DNA from: Eledone cirrhosa
Taxonomy: Eukaryota
DNA length: 64,000 bases
Direction: 5' to 3'
Assembly (NCBI GenBank): GCA_964016885.1
Contig: OZ024740.1
Coordinates: forward strand, 190,836,001-190,900,000
Positions within the stretch are counted from its first letter, which is position 1. Every line of letters begins with the position of its first letter. The notes beneath the pieces were generated by a model that made no database searches, was not told the DNA's origin, and saw only the letters and a program-made list of their open reading frames with translations. Shown here in pieces: positions 41,634-57,209 of this stretch. The position numbers and the translations under genes are program-made.

Positions 41634-42753
41634 AAAAACAGATTAAAGTTTAAGCAAAGAATCGCTGCTTTCACCCTTAACGGGATCTTCTGAAACTAAC
41701 AAAGTCAATCTGTAAACGCAGAAGTGGATATTTAAAAAAACGTTGCAACCGGAGAAAGACAGGAAGACGATACTTTGGTTCGTGGAAACATTCCCTGGCA
41801 AAAAAAACGGGAAAAAACGAATATAATACGTCATTAATAGGAGCGGTGAAAAACAATTACACGCAAAGACAAAACCACGTTTATGGTATAAAAGAAGTCG
41901 TAGACTAATGTTCTCTTAGGTTGATCATAGAGACGTTCTCTGGCAATGAAAGGAAAAAAACGAAGATAATACGTCATATGTTGCGTGTGGTGAACAATTG
42001 CACACAAAGACAAAACCACGTAAATGGTATAGCTGAAGTCGTAGACTAAAATTCTAACTAGGAAACCGAATGATTCTCGGCTTCAGAGTTAAGAATAAAG
42101 TAAATAAAATACAATACAGAGGTAATTGATATTAAATAAATACATACACGCGTCCAAATACGTACATACACAAGCATACGTGAAAAAACTCGCCATAGGT
42201 ATACAAAACGACGCACATATAAATATGTGTGGCTGTGTGCGTGTATACAAATAAATAAATAATTAAATAAACGTATATAAATAAATAACTACGTATATAA
42301 CAAGTGCACACACACATACCTACATGTAAATACACAAATGTTCAGAGACTACGTCAACCAAAACATGATGTACACAAATACATACACCCAACATACGTAC
42401 GAGCCCGCATACACACACAGACGCAAAACTCCCGTATACCATAACCAAAAGCATATGTGCCAGAATATATAAAAAAAATATACGCCATAACATATACAAA
42501 CAAATATACGTACGCGAAATTATACGTACCTTCACAAAACATACATGTAATATATACTCACCTATGCAAATAAGTAATGGTATAAACATAACATATACTT
42601 AGCTACCACATCAAGAGGTAAACTATCCACGTATTGATCGTACTATCCGTTAGGGTATAATACATATTTGCTCTACGGTTCTTATATATTTGATATATAT
42701 GTATCCTTATCGAGCCCTCTTAGAATTTTAGTCTTCAAATTTATTATTATTAC

Positions 42754-42755
<2 letters not shown>
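41634..42755 (-). mobile_element. Non-autonomous element, family F (longest copy)
   Basis: Both ends (AGAGGGCTCGATAAGG.. and ..GAAAGCAGCGATTCTTTGCTTAAA.TTTAATCTGTT) recur at about 30970-31110, 33125-33260 and 61455-61760, always next to microsatellites. Confidence 0.65.
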
Positions 42756-42813
<58 letters not shown>

Positions 42814-42834
42814 ATATATATATATATATGTATG

Positions 42835-42899
<65 letters not shown>

Positions 42900-43071
42900 G
42901 GTGGCTGCCAACTCGTTTTCGAGTACTGCCACTAATTTATATCCATGTAGGAGAATCCCTACCGATGCGGTGAACGAGTGACCTTTTAGTCCAGCCAGCG
43001 ACTTGAAAACTCTGGTATAAACAAAAAACTTGTGACAATTATTGACACATAGTGCTGGGCCTATGGTACCA

Positions 43072-43117
<46 letters not shown>

Positions 43118-45030
43118 TATTGGACCATATATACAATGAATATTGGACCAGAGCTGATATCTCTAACAACTTCGACATCACAATGGAAGCATCCGATTCA
43201 TCCCAATTGACAGATTTAATTGTTATCTTTATTTTGACCTCTTTGAGTCGGAAAATTCCTCAACTTCCCGGTGGAATTTATCGTGACGATGGACTCTTTA
43301 CTATCTTAAATTGCAACATAGTTAACCTTAATATTATTAAGAACAATATACGTAATCTCTTGAACCAACATTACTTAAAAATTGAATTTCATAACAGCAT
43401 CAAACTAGCTAATTTATTGGATGTATCTCTTAATCTTGATTACCCTTACCATGAAAACAAGAGAACCTAAATTATGTTAATTTTAGATCTAACCACCGCA
43501 CTAATATTAAGAATGCTATAGTTAGTAATATTGGAAAAAGAATATCTAACCTATCTTTTAATAAAAATATATTTGATGCTAACGCCAATTACTATAATAA
43601 CGCGCTTTCTAAAGCCGGCTATCCTGATAAAATCAAATATAGTAAAGAAACAAATTCTAGAAGATCTTACAGTAGAATAATTAATCATGTTCATTCCAAT
43701 AACTTTAATAAAATACCTAGATACAAAAACATAATCTGGTATTATGCTCCTTTCTCCATCTCTATTAATAATAATATTCCTAAATTATTCTTTAGTGCCT
43801 TAAATAAATGCTTCCCTCCCTCACATAGCTATAGTAAAATATTTAACAACATCACTATAAAATGTTCCTATTGGACATCCTCCAACATTTCCAACATTAT
43901 CTCTAAACACAACAATAAAATACTAAATACTAAATCTCTTCCTTCCAACACTGAATATCATAATAATAGTAATAGTACTCCGACGTCATTGTAAACTCTA
44001 GGCTAATTTCTGCAAACCCCAATACAACGTCAAACACAACTTCGCTAAATGTTCTTAATCCCATTCTAAATTAAGAAACTATTATTCCTATCGCAAATAA
44101 CTTCTCCAATCCAATTCCTTCTATAGATAACACTAGGTCACTCGTTAATAATCTCTCTAATCGCAATTGCAATTGCCCTGTTAAAAATAAATGTCCTCTC
44201 AACAACCATTGTCTTGATAAAAACTTAATCTACGAATGTAAAGTTATAACTGATACCAATTCCTTCACCTATTTTGGCTCCACTTCCACCTCCTTTAAAG
44301 CTAGCCTTTATAATCATCATTCGTCTTTTAAATACCAACTTAAAAGAACCAACACGGCTCTCTCAGAACTCATATGGTCCTTGAAAGACACAAATATTAA
44401 ATATAACATCTCTTGGAAAAAGGTTTCATCTGCTTCTTTATACTTGAACAGTTCTCTATCCAAGACTTGCAATCTCTGTCTAAATGAAAAATTTACCATT
44501 ATATCTAATTTAGATTCTATAATAAATAAACGCACTGACTTGTTTTCTCTCTGCTTGCATACATTCCACAGAACATTCCATAAAGTCTACAGATAATATC
44601 CAATACTTTATCAATTTAGAATCCTTTTCTCAAAGGCACACATATATATATACTTCTTTAAAAATATACCCATCTTTCTACCTTATTTCAAAGTTATTTA
44701 TTATACATTATATAATACTTGTTACTCGTTCTATATCACTCCTATTTATCACTTCCCTTTCTTCTTTTTCCTTTTCTTTTCATTTTCTTTCACTTTCTAA
44801 CCCCTAATATTACCTTTTCTCACTGTGCCTAACATTGAAACAATTATTACACAATACAATATATTCTTACTTTATATCACCTTGAAAAAATCCTTCGTAA
44901 ACATAAACATTTTTTTTTGACGTTAGATTATTCATCCTCAATTCATTATTTTTTCTCCCTTTCATCTAACTTACTCATGCTCATCTCACAATATATCCAT
45001 ACTTACATTACTTGTGCTTTTCTTTCTCAA

Positions 45031-45200
45031 TAATACATATCAACATTTTCTTTCCATCGCACATATTATTAAACCCTTAAATATTATTCTTAATACATAT
45101 TAACCTTTTCTTTCCATCGCACATATTATTAAACCCTTAAATATTATTCTTAATACATATTAACATTTTCTTTCCATCGCAGATATTATTAAACCCTTTA
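45031..45200 (+). repeat. 60-bp tandem repeat, about 2.8 copies, in the PLE 3' UTR
   Basis: Unit TAATACATATTAACATTTTCTTTCCATCGCACATATTATTAAACCCTTAAATATTATTCT. Confidence 0.92.
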
Positions 45201-45334
45201 ATATACAAACCTTAACTTTACATTATTTTTTTTTCCTCTTCGTTAATTTTCAAATTCGTTTAATTCATACATTATCTTCCAACGGTTTTTCAACCTCTCT
45301 ATGCAAAACAATATTATTTTTTCAGTTATAAAAG

Positions 45335-45376
<42 letters not shown>

Positions 45377-45420
45377 GCCATCTCTCCTCCTATCTCATCC
45401 TTCCTCATTATACTCCTTCC

Positions 45421-45491
45421 TATTTTATCTGATGAAAACACAAATATTATTGCATGATGATATTTGTTTTTGAAATGAGCATAATAAAATA
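45421..45491 (+). ncRNA. Type I HHR in the PLE pLTR, intact
   Basis: TATTTTAT-CTGATGA-aaacACAAATATTAT..ATGATATTTGTtttt-GAAA TG AG CA TA-ATAAAATA: 8-bp stem I, long stem II, AUA site. Confidence 0.85.
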
Positions 45492-45521
45492 CATGGAACT
45501 CTTTTAACCATCTTTTGATCT

Positions 45522-45730
<209 letters not shown>

Positions 45731-45856
45731 CGTTTCTGAATTTGTTTAGCAAGATTCTTTATCTGAAATCGTGTGTTGAAACCGATATTGAAACATGACC
45801 CTCCCAAAGTATAACAATATATATATATATATATATACATATATACACATACATAC

Positions 45857-45936
<80 letters not shown>

Positions 45937-48900
45937 CAACAGGTTATAGACAGAAAGAAAAAACAGCGATATAGAAATAGGTAGAGTAGTAGAATAAGAA
46001 GAATGTCATACGCATGCATGTTAACATGTGAAATATATAGAATGTTATTATTGAATGTAAATATATCAGATATATGCAACTCAGTTAATTAGGTGACTTA
46101 AGCAAATGACATATTGACTGATCAATCACAAATTCAAAGCAGTTTGATAGTAGCTCTTCTTTAAATATTTATTCGAGATAATATATTCTTTTGATCAGAC
46201 AATCAATATAATAACGAGAGTAAATATCACATAATGTTTATACTATTTGAAATGTGGGTTAATATGTATATTCATAATTACAAGATCTTTGATAGCTCAT
46301 GATATCGATTAACATTTGCAATGAAATTTTGATTCTGAAATAATTCTAATTCTAAAGCCTTTAATATGGAGATCTGGACAAACGTACATACATCTATATA
46401 CGATGATACACGTTTCTATATAACAGACAGACACAATTATATTCAAATATGAATTACGATAAACAAATATGCATGTAGATACACACATGATAACCATAAA
46501 AATAATAGGTTCTTTAGGAATGATAGCAAAGGAAATCTCACCGAAAGATACATAATCAATACCCTTAAGACTTACAATTATATACACCACACATCGTATA
46601 TTAAATAGGCAACTAGTCAGAACGAAAAATCACAGCATAAAAAGAACTGCACAGAGAGCTGGGCTCGGTTATACAGTAATGGGTTGCATTATAAAGACGA
46701 TTTCTGTTTCCTATATTGTTTTTTGTGTTTCATTTTAAGGAATATCAATATAATATTCCATTGTGAAAATATAGATTATTTGCTGCATGACTTATGCTAA
46801 CGAACTAAATATGTCTTCTGCAGAAAGTATTTCCAGCTTTAAGAGTAGGGCTATTTTACGTTAGAAATATATTTGATATTATGATTAAACACTGATGCTT
46901 TTGCTGTTTGTTAATCATCATGGTGTTAGGACCTGCAGATGTGTTGTTGTTGAATTAAAAATGACAATATATTTTGTCTTTAGAGAGATCTATTTTTCTT
47001 TGTAGTATTCGGCGGTTCGAAACTAAGTATTCATTGTTCTGATATACAGTCTGCAGTTTTCTCGCACTTTATGAATTCAGAATTGCGAGATTGCTGTGCT
47101 TCCCATTGACTCAAATTGTTTCAATCCTAACTTGCTTGAGAGTGATCAGGAAGAAAGCGTTCCTTTCGGAGTTTAACATATTATTCATAACCTGTAGAGC
47201 AATAGGCGTAATGATTTCCGTTATAGACTTACTTAATATAGGTATCAATCAACCACTAGTTACTGCAGGATATATATAAACAACCATTTTCTAAAAATGT
47301 GTAAATATCTGTTTGTATAAATGTATATATTGTCTATCTATATAGAAAGAGGTTTCGTTATTATGCTCATTTGACTTCTTGTTTATATCAATATGTCTAT
47401 GATTTAATTGATATTATGTGCTTTTCTTAACTACCAGGGATGACCCCTTTTTAAGGCGGACCATAACTATTGTATATGTATGATGTTTGAGATTGCATTA
47501 TAGAATTGAGTTAATAACCTGCATAATTGTGTCGCTTTATTAAATGATTATAAATAACCGTTATGTTAAGCCCTTCCTCAGAAGAACGACCACCTGCCCG
47601 AGTCAGAACTCGTTTACTGTAGATTAAAGGCGTAATAAAGAGCATAACCATAATTGAAGGGGTGAGTTCGTAGTTATGTTACTGTGTGTTTTCTAAGACA
47701 GGCAGTTGTTTTAAGTGATGTATGGGATTTTCCATTATATACTGAGAATGGATGTGACTAGGAGTGTGGCACACATGAGGGTATATAAACAATATAACAA
47801 TTGAATGAGGGTAGTGTGTTACATGTTCAATCCTCAGCAAAATATGTGTCCAGGAAATGTTTTGAATTCAGCACATCAACTTAACAATTTGGGATGATAT
47901 GTATATTGAAAATATTGTTTCAATGAAATGACGCATATTTTAAACCGGTCATTCATTAAAGCAAAAGAAGCCACAAATAGGTAAGATATGAGCTAAAAAC
48001 AATATGGACATATCAATAATAATTATCAAATGGATGGTCATGTGAAAGGGACATAATTAGAGAATGTGTTGATGGCTTCAGTAAAATAATTAAGAAGTTT
48101 GAAGTGAATCGCTACATATATACAGAATCATTAGATAACAATTGAAGTGAGATAAATTGAAGCAGTGTCTACATTATTCAATAATAGTAAAGCGAAAAAC
48201 AAAGTTGATGGAAGATATTAGTATACATGTTGCTTGTAAGGGTTTACTCATTGTTAGCGCTTAACTGTATATGGGTAAATGAGATGTGTATACCCGTATG
48301 AATAATGTCGTTGGAGTGACTTTGACCAGTTAGGCTGACTGTATGTTTTGAAAAAGAGGCACGTGTGAATCTAAGGTAGCATGTTGGCAAAATGTGTCAG
48401 TGTCATATTATTTGTACAGGAATTATCCTTTAAAATAATAGCAACTTCATCGATATAATGTCGATTGATATTATCATTTATTTACCAACATCGTATCATG
48501 TCAGTTGCTTCTGATTAAAAGTATACTTATATGCGGATTTAATAAAAGTATCTGATATGAGTTTCAAGATATAACTTAATTTGATATGCTATAAAATGCT
48601 GAAGAGATTTAACAGGAAATGGCAAACGTATATGTACACACATTCACACACACACCCACACACACATACAATAATATACATACATACTTGTATGTATAAA
48701 TCAGAATGGAGTCAGTAACAAACAGTTAGACCACTACTCGATCCACAAAAGTACTCGATACTTGGGTGTAGTATATATATATATATATATATATATACTA
48801 CCCCCAAGTATGCAGCCTCGACAGATGAATACTGCTTGATTATGGTTGACAACTGATGCAACCAAGATACCATAGTAAAAACCAATATATGGAACGTTAT

Positions 48901-48947
48901 ATTATGTAACATTATCCCATTATTTTAATTGATATTCCTTTGAAATT

Positions 48948-49061
48948 CCGATGAGCCACTCTGTCTTTTAAATATGTTAATTATTTTCAACTGAACCAGA
49001 TCAATTATGATATATAGTCATCTGATCCAGAAATATCATATGGAGTAGCGAAACAATTGTA
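48948..49061 (+). ncRNA. HHR-like motif, 3' side replaced by a SINE
   Basis: CCGATGA-GCcACTC...GAGTaGC-GAAAC AATT GTA. An S1 SINE body starts a few nt later. Confidence 0.55.
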
Positions 49062-49067
49062 AACGGA

Positions 49068-49175
49068 CACGCCGAGGTTGACTTTGCCTTTCATCCTTAC
49101 GGGGTCGATAAAATAAAGTACCAGTAATGCACTGGGTAATTGCTTGCCTTGTGCCTAAAGTATAAACAATTATTA
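49068..49175 (+). mobile_element. SINE S1, 3' half
   Basis: GCCGAGGTTGACTTTGCCTTTCATCCTTACGGGGTCGATAAAATAAAGTACCAG. Confidence 0.85.
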
Positions 49176-49289
49176 TTAATATAATTATTATTGTTCACTA
49201 CATTCCTTAGATCAAACTAAAATATGTTGACAATCTTTTAATAATGTCTTACTTGTGAAATTTGTGGTCTTGTTTTGCTTAACTAATGA

Positions 49290-49393
<104 letters not shown>

Positions 49394-49546
49394 GTCGAGG
49401 GGGAGTCTCGTACTCTCAGTCGTTTCACGCCATGAAACCGGGATAGGCACCGGCCAAATGACCCTTCTGGCTTAAGACAGACTTTAGACTTACGATCTGC
49501 CCGCCCAGCCTGTGGGTTGGCGTCATCAATGGCTAAATACACACAC

Positions 49547-49627
<81 letters not shown>

Positions 49628-50885
49628 ATTGGATATATGAGAGGAATGAACACAGATCTAAGTATACATGTGTTCCAATTGCAAATGACCAAGTAAGCTA
49701 GGTTGAAAAAATACTAATTTACAACAATATGATTTGCCTGACTCGATTAAAAGTAATAAATCAATAAAAATAACAGACCTATATCGTGCAATAGCCTTCG
49801 ATATGCGGACAGACTAAAATCTGTTTCGCAAGAATTATTGAGTGAAAGCTATTAAGTAAAAATCTATTTTGAGTTTTTTCTCGTTGGAAAATATTCTGTT
49901 ACGATACTTTTTTATATGTATATATACTTCATTCTTTGATAACATTTATTCGTTTTTATTTTTCAATACGGGATTTAATGAACGTGGTACTTGTTTCCAG
50001 TGTATCATATCCGGTTTGTTTGCCAAAATCAGTTATTTTTTTCTTTTACTTGAGAAATACGTTTTTTAAACTTCTATCGATGTATATTTAAAAAATATAA
50101 ATTTTCATGTTTTTAAATATATATTAGAGTAAATAATGATAGGTTTCTCCTTTTATTCAATCCATTGTTTATTTTCTTTCCATAATTTATTTTAATAGTC
50201 TTTAGATAATGAATGATTTACTGCAGTAGGTTTCAACAATCCGTATGTCGATAATGTCGTGCATACAGAATAGTTTATTTAATTTAGTGTGTTAAAGCCG
50301 GGTTTTGTTTCTGCTTCATAGAATGTTTCGTTTACCTTGGCTATCTTTGTTAATTTTGTTTTACATGTATCCGTTGATTAATGCTGATTACTGCGTTTTT
50401 ATTCGTTGTTTCTGCATAGTACTTCCTGTTCCAACTACTAAATTCTTCATTATATATGATATTGATCTGTGTGCAGTTATGTATTACTTTTGGATTATAT
50501 AATCATGTAAATTATCGAGTAGTACGTACTTTCAATCGTCGTTTAGATATAGTCTAGCTCTAGCTAGTTCCCGTTCAGTTTCATGTGCTTCGTTGAATAT
50601 ATTTGTCATGACAGAAAGATGATAATGAAAGCATTCAAGTGACAAGAGTGTTATAACTATCAGTAATCATGTAATTGGGACATGAAATGAGCTCTACGTA
50701 GCATTAGGATGTTCTTAGATTATAGATTAATTTAAGAATGCATTACATCTTTCTTATGATATATCATTATAAAGCTTTAAATGTTACCCATTGATTCTGT
50801 GTTATTACCTTTTTTTATTACTATTGCTTACTTGAAAATTACAAGAGTTCCCATCTTAATTCAAGTATTAACATATCTTGCAGGA

Positions 50886-51540
50886 AGTATATCATAAAAG
50901 CAGTTAAACATTTTCATTACATTACATACAAATTGTAAAACACAAATTATATAATAATGGAGGCGCGTGGCCTAATAGTAAGGTTGTTGGACTTACGATC
51001 CCAGTGTCGTGCGAACGATTCATTGACTGGGTTATAATCAGTTGCTCTACTTTTTGCGCAAGGCCAGCAATTATCCTAGTGTATTACTGTTACTTTATTT
51101 TATTGACCCCGTAAGGATGAAAGGAAAAGTAAAACTCGGTGGGATTTAAACTCAGACCATAAAGGGCCATAACTCTTTGCTGCAAAGCATGGCGTCTGAA
51201 CCTCTACCGATACTGCCAATCCACCTCCTTGACTGGGTTATAATAATTGTTTCTGCTTTTGGCACAAGGCCACCAATTATTCCAGTGTATTACTGATACT
51301 TTATTTTATCGACCCCGTAAGGATGAAAGGCAGAGTCAACCTTGGCGTGATTAATTGCTGGCCTTGTGCAAAAAGTAGAAACATTTATTTTAACCCAGTC
51401 TGTGAATCGTTCGCACGACACTAGGATCGTAAGTCCAACAACCTTACTATTAGGCCACGCGCCTCCATTATTATATAATTTGTGTTTTACAATTCGTATG
51501 TAATGTAATGAAAATGTTTAACTGCTTTTATATTATACTT
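50886..51540. repeat. Inverted duplication (arms 50886-51033 and 51391-51540) enclosing S1 SINE copies
   Basis: Each arm is AT-rich flank plus a tRNA-like SINE head (GGAGGCGCGTGGCCTAATAGTAAGG). The interior holds S1 copies at about 51035-51230 (-), 51243-51350 (-) and 51352-51390 (+). Confidence 0.88.
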
Positions 51541-53874
51541 TTTTGTTAAGAATAAGAAATTAAATAACTGCTAATGGTTGTAAAACATTTACTTTTTATG
51601 AATGTTGAACACATGAAAACAGAAAATTGTTTTTCTTGTTTTTTACTGTTACATTCTTTTAAAATAGCATAAAGTAATTATTGTATTTGTAATAATTGAC
51701 ATGCTTCGTTAATTCATAACTTTTCGTAACATTGTTATGTCTACGAAGTTAATGATCGTAAATGGTGTCTTGTAAATTCATGCTACTAGGAACTTGCACA
51801 CTGTTTGAATTTACTTTTTTAATATTATTTTCTAGTTCAATAAACAAAATTGATTTATATGATTATATAATCGGTAAACTTTAGTTTCTATAGAATTTAT
51901 GGAAAATTATGTTTCTTTTATTTCATTAAATTCGTATCCATTGAATAATGCTATATATCCTATTTAAATAATCGACGAGATTATATAGCTAAATATTTAG
52001 CAATCTAATTTAAACAGTGTCAGGTCACACAGATATTTAGAAATGTGGAACTGTTATAAATTTATTATACCCACCACTCAGTCAAGTAGTTAGTCTCAGG
52101 CGAGAGTATTCTAAAGTAAATTAATAAGAATCATTAACATTATTTCAACCCATATGGGCGAGCAATTCAATTATTTAGACCACCTGGAATATAAAGTCGT
52201 CCGCAATACTAGAAACATTAATACAACGTGGAGCCATGCTAGAGAACCGTCACTAATATATCCACATTTTAGACATTCAGCTTATCATTTGTACGTAGGA
52301 GAATACGCGAATGCGTACCACACTTTGAAAACCGTTGCTTTTCCAATATACGTAGAACATTCCGTTTTATTTTATTGATAAATACTCCATGCTGTTTCAT
52401 GTTAAATATGCGAAATGTAATTTTCAAAAATGCCACTTCTGCAGATAATATTTCTATAAAATGATATTTAATCACATCACTTAGTTATTACGATCGGAAT
52501 CTTTATAAACTGTATACCTTAAACCATATTTATCTGGAATATTTTAAGAGACTATCAAACGTGATTATATGTACGTGATTTCATTGTAAATGTTTGGTTT
52601 GAAAATACGAAAATCTATATAATAATACACTTAGTGAAAGTTAAAAGGTTATTGAGAACCAGTAATTGTAATATTATCAACTATCGTAGATGCCAACACA
52701 AAGCCAGCCGTTACTAACCAAATAAATTCACATATTCCTGTGATTTCATAACATGTTCATTAAGTTAGTTTTAATTATAGTCAGTTTTCGACGGAAAGAT
52801 CATTAAAAAATGATAGAACATAATAGTTTTCAAATACTTCTTGTGCAAATCTGAAGAAATAATAATTAGAGACTATTTTGTTATTTGTTCGTTTGAAAGT
52901 GAATCGAATTAAAGGAAAAAATATATTATTCTAGCCTTTGACATACTTACAATGATGATATTTATTTGCATGAATTTGATCAGCTTTGGATAGCATAAAG
53001 ATGAACAAAGCATGTACTAGCTAACGAAGAAGTACTGTAATTATTGGGGAGGTATCTGTCTAGACCTACACTCTAATAGTAATAATTACCTATGAAAGAG
53101 TAGATTTAGATATTTTATTTGGTTAGCATTCGATGATAAATTCATGTTTTTCTATTTCCAATGCGACATTTGACATTTAACCAGATTGAATGTTTCTTTC
53201 GAGAAACGAATGGTAGTTTCGCATTGATTAATTTTCTTTTTCAATTCTATGTTTTCAAATTGAAACACATTTCTTTATGTTACAACTAATAGTTTGTCCT
53301 TACTGTGCATATAAAATAAACAAAGATATTAACATAAAACGGCAACAACTGAAACATGGACGTAAAAGAACATTTATTGATAAAACATTTGTGAGAAGTA
53401 CATTTTAATTTGATTTTTATAAAATGTTATTCGCAATTTTAATTGACCTTTCATTTCATTGCAAAATAGCGTTGCAAGATTGAAGGTAAACAGAGGAATA
53501 ATATAATCTATTAATCCAAACAAGAAGTTAAGTCTAAATTGCTTCGTCTGAGCAAAATTAAAGCTCAGACTATGCAACGTTAATTATATTGGCATGTGCT
53601 GAACAGAAACTAAAAGGGCAACTGGTTAATTTAGAACTATCTGACACAATGCACAATAATTCCAGTAGTTGAATACTTGTAATGTTAAATGATATCTAAT
53701 ATGATACGACGGAAATAAACATTGTTAGAATCATTGAAAATGATACGAAATTGATGATGTCCTGGTTAAACGACTCGTCAGGAAAGCAGTTAATGTGCAA
53801 TTGACAAGCAGATGTTGAGAGAGTATTGTCTAAACTATAAGACGTGTGTACTAGAGCTCACTTGCTTAATGGCA

Positions 53875-53908
<34 letters not shown>

Positions 53909-56517
53909 CATGAACATATAAATAATACAAACAAAGAAATGTCTCATTATGGGAAGAGTTATCAATGAGTAGTCAAGGAACTGCAGTGGAGACTGGATTA
54001 CACAGATCAGCAAGAAGAATTAACGTCTCTCAGATGTCATTCCATTGCATGTAGATGAATGTCCAGCGTGGGCTAATTTTATTTATAGGGGTTAGATCCT
54101 CCAATCCCATCCTTTTATTTCATTTACCCGTGAAATTTGTAAATATCAATGGGGGTGTTGTATTTTCTCCATTCTTCTGAATAGCCACTAAACAGATTGT
54201 GAAAGGAAGGTGTTAGGGGAATCAAACGACTATCAAAGTTTTTTCATGAGAGAAATCATTCGACCAATTTAGCATTGCTGGGTTATTAAGCGAATGGGCT
54301 TATAATGATTCCTTCTTCCTTTTCCACCACTTGTCTCTTATATATTTCCAACGTTCACATTGCGATGACCTTATGTTTATGAGATCCTGTATTTATAAAA
54401 ATGTCATTGCCATGATTAAGATGTCTGCAATATAACAGAGCTATAAAAATAATTTTTTTGCGGCTAGCTGAAATTGATGTCTCCTAAAAGGTTGGTGAAT
54501 AAGTCCTGCATAAATGCTTGACGCGCATGGGTCACAATATCTAAATTAGACAGTTAGCATCTAGTGAAAACCCAGAGCTCAATCTGTATTCGCGGCGTTC
54601 TGTCAGTATAATATTATATTCAGCTGCATCCCTTTTTAGGACACCGTTCTAATCTGGAATTGTGAAAATAGTCAATGCCGAACGCATCTGCATGGAATCG
54701 ATAAAGACACATTTATACCGATAACATACTATTTATATTAAACATAACTAGCACGACCCTTCGGGTGGTTTTCTGCTGGCATATGTAATGTGCATATTGA
54801 TATTATACGCAAATATATATGCATGTACGTATGCGACGTCAAATAAAATCTTAATTCAGTATATGCACAGAAATCGAAGAGAGACAGTGTCCATGTACAT
54901 TTTAAAAAGACAATGTAAAAAACACGACAAACGGGATAAAAAAAACATTATATTCAGAACGCAGTTCCGCACGCCTCTCTTTATTATATTATGATATATA
55001 ATTTCTGTGTTCAACTAAATAACCTGTTTTAGGTCTTAAATATATAATTAATTAACATCGTACTCGTTGATACACATGAAATGTTTACGTCATTTGTGAA
55101 ACGGTTGACTACAGTATTAGGTGAAATGCATTATCTCTTACAAATTTGATTGATCCTAGAATGATGACATCTCTCTCCATGACTCTGCTTCTCACCCATA
55201 TTCTGTTTACACCACACGATTCAAGCCCCCTCTGTCTCTCTTTCCCTCTCTCTATCTATATTTATTTATTTCTCTCCCTCTCTCGCTCTCTCTCCCTCTC
55301 TCTATCTCTTTTTTTCTCCCTCGCAGTTGATACATATTTGTGTGTGTCCTTATCTTCTTTTTAATTACCCACCCCCCTTAGGAGGGAAGAAGTCAGTCAC
55401 TAGGAAATCAGATTTGCAATCTGTACAACGTGTATCATTTGTATAGAGAAACATAAAACTTACGAAAATCATAATTAATGTTCAAATGATTCATTTCTAT
55501 ATATTATTGCTGTAATGGGATTCATGACACTGAAAGTATATCGTTTACAATTCAGTCACACAATCGCACAATATTGAATAATAGATGTATTACCTTCAGT
55601 GTATTCATTACAAATTCGGCTTTTAAAGAAGGGCTCTACTCAATTGAAAGTATACATGCTTGAGAAATTTTTAAACAGGAGTGTTCTCACTTTAAATATT
55701 TATTAATGACTGCCCTTTCCCTTCTTAAAATTTTCAATGTGCACCTATCAGTTTACGGCTTGGTTGCACAATGAATATGATTGGCTGCCTTCTAGTGTAA
55801 CAAACATTCAGTAAAAACTCTAAAGAAAATTCGTCAGGAATGGTGCTATAATTCTGCAATGAATATTGTAAATATCAGCACAAACGAGAGAATATAGAAA
55901 TATGCAAGATAGAAAATAAAGTAGATTGTGATGACATAAATATTCTTACTAGATTTTACTTTGTGATAATAATGCATAAACCTAAAACATATATGTAATT
56001 TATGCAAAGACATTGAACCGATGATAAATGAGCTGGAAGACATTTAAATCTAATAGGGAAGAAGGTATATATGAATACACCAATATAGGTGGAATATATG
56101 AAATATCGACATATAAAGAGAGAAACCTAAAAGACAGGCTTAATGTGCTATGTATCGAAATAAAAGAAAACAAGGAAATATGAGTTCTCAGCTGACGTTC
56201 GCAAATTTAGCGATTTGTGCCAGCATCAATATTTCATGATATCTATTGGGTTGTAACAAAAGTTCATGGTCTCTTTTATAAGTGGAATTCGTTATGAATA
56301 TGTAAATAGTTTGACAATTCTGGATATTTTGCATCGATTACCTTCTTTAGTCGGTTTACAGAGAGTGCTCCAAGTTCTTTATCCGTTGAGATTGACTTTG
56401 ACAGTGTTGATCGCTACCATTTGTACTGTCTAGTACAAAATTAATTTACTTTATTTATTTTATAATTTATCTATATAGTATATGAACTGTGATATTTGTA
56501 TAGTATTATATAAAAGC

Positions 56518-56590
56518 TCGATAAAATAAAGTACCAGTAATGCACTGAGTAATTGCTGGCCTTGTGCCACAAGTAGAAACAATTATTATA
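56518..56590 (+). mobile_element. SINE S1 3' end
   Basis: TCGATAAAATAAAGTACCAGTAATGCACTG..GCTGGCCTTGTGCCACAAGTAGAAAC. Confidence 0.8.
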
Positions 56591-57148
56591 TAAAACCTTT
56601 GTACCTTTGTTTTCGAAGATAAATGGTAAAATGAACGTAATTTTTCGAGGATAATATTACGGAATTTCACAACGTTTATCGACTAGACAATATATGGCAA
56701 TTATCATTTAATAGATTAAGAATGTACTGGACCTTGTCCTTGTTTTCATTGTTCATGTATATATATAAATACAGTTCTTGTATGTGTGTGAGTGTGTGTG
56801 TGTGTTTGTGCGTGTGTGGATGTGTGTGTATGTGTGTGTGTAAGTTTTCATTAGGTTTAATTACCCGAATATGTGATAGTTTTCAATTGTAGCAATTTCC
56901 CTGTCCAATATCAGTTACGTAAATAATTCTTTTTTTATTTTGTCTAACGTCCGTTGTATTTTCCTCCTTGGATAATACGTGGACATTGTTGTGAATAATC
57001 CCATTTTATAAAGCAACCGAAATTATCATGAGAACCAGATGATGGCCGACAAGCAGGAATTGTCCATATTCTTATATCTTCTGAGTTTCCTTTTTAGTAT
57101 ATTTCTCCCACGTATTATTTTAATGAAATAATCATTAGAACCACGTTG

Positions 57149-57200
<52 letters not shown>

Positions 57201-57209
<9 letters not shown>

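Noticed and set aside
53940-54360. Solo-LTR-like segment with TATAAATAAAA on the minus strand
   Set aside because: Single copy in the window, with no TG..CA termini, PBS or TSD identified.
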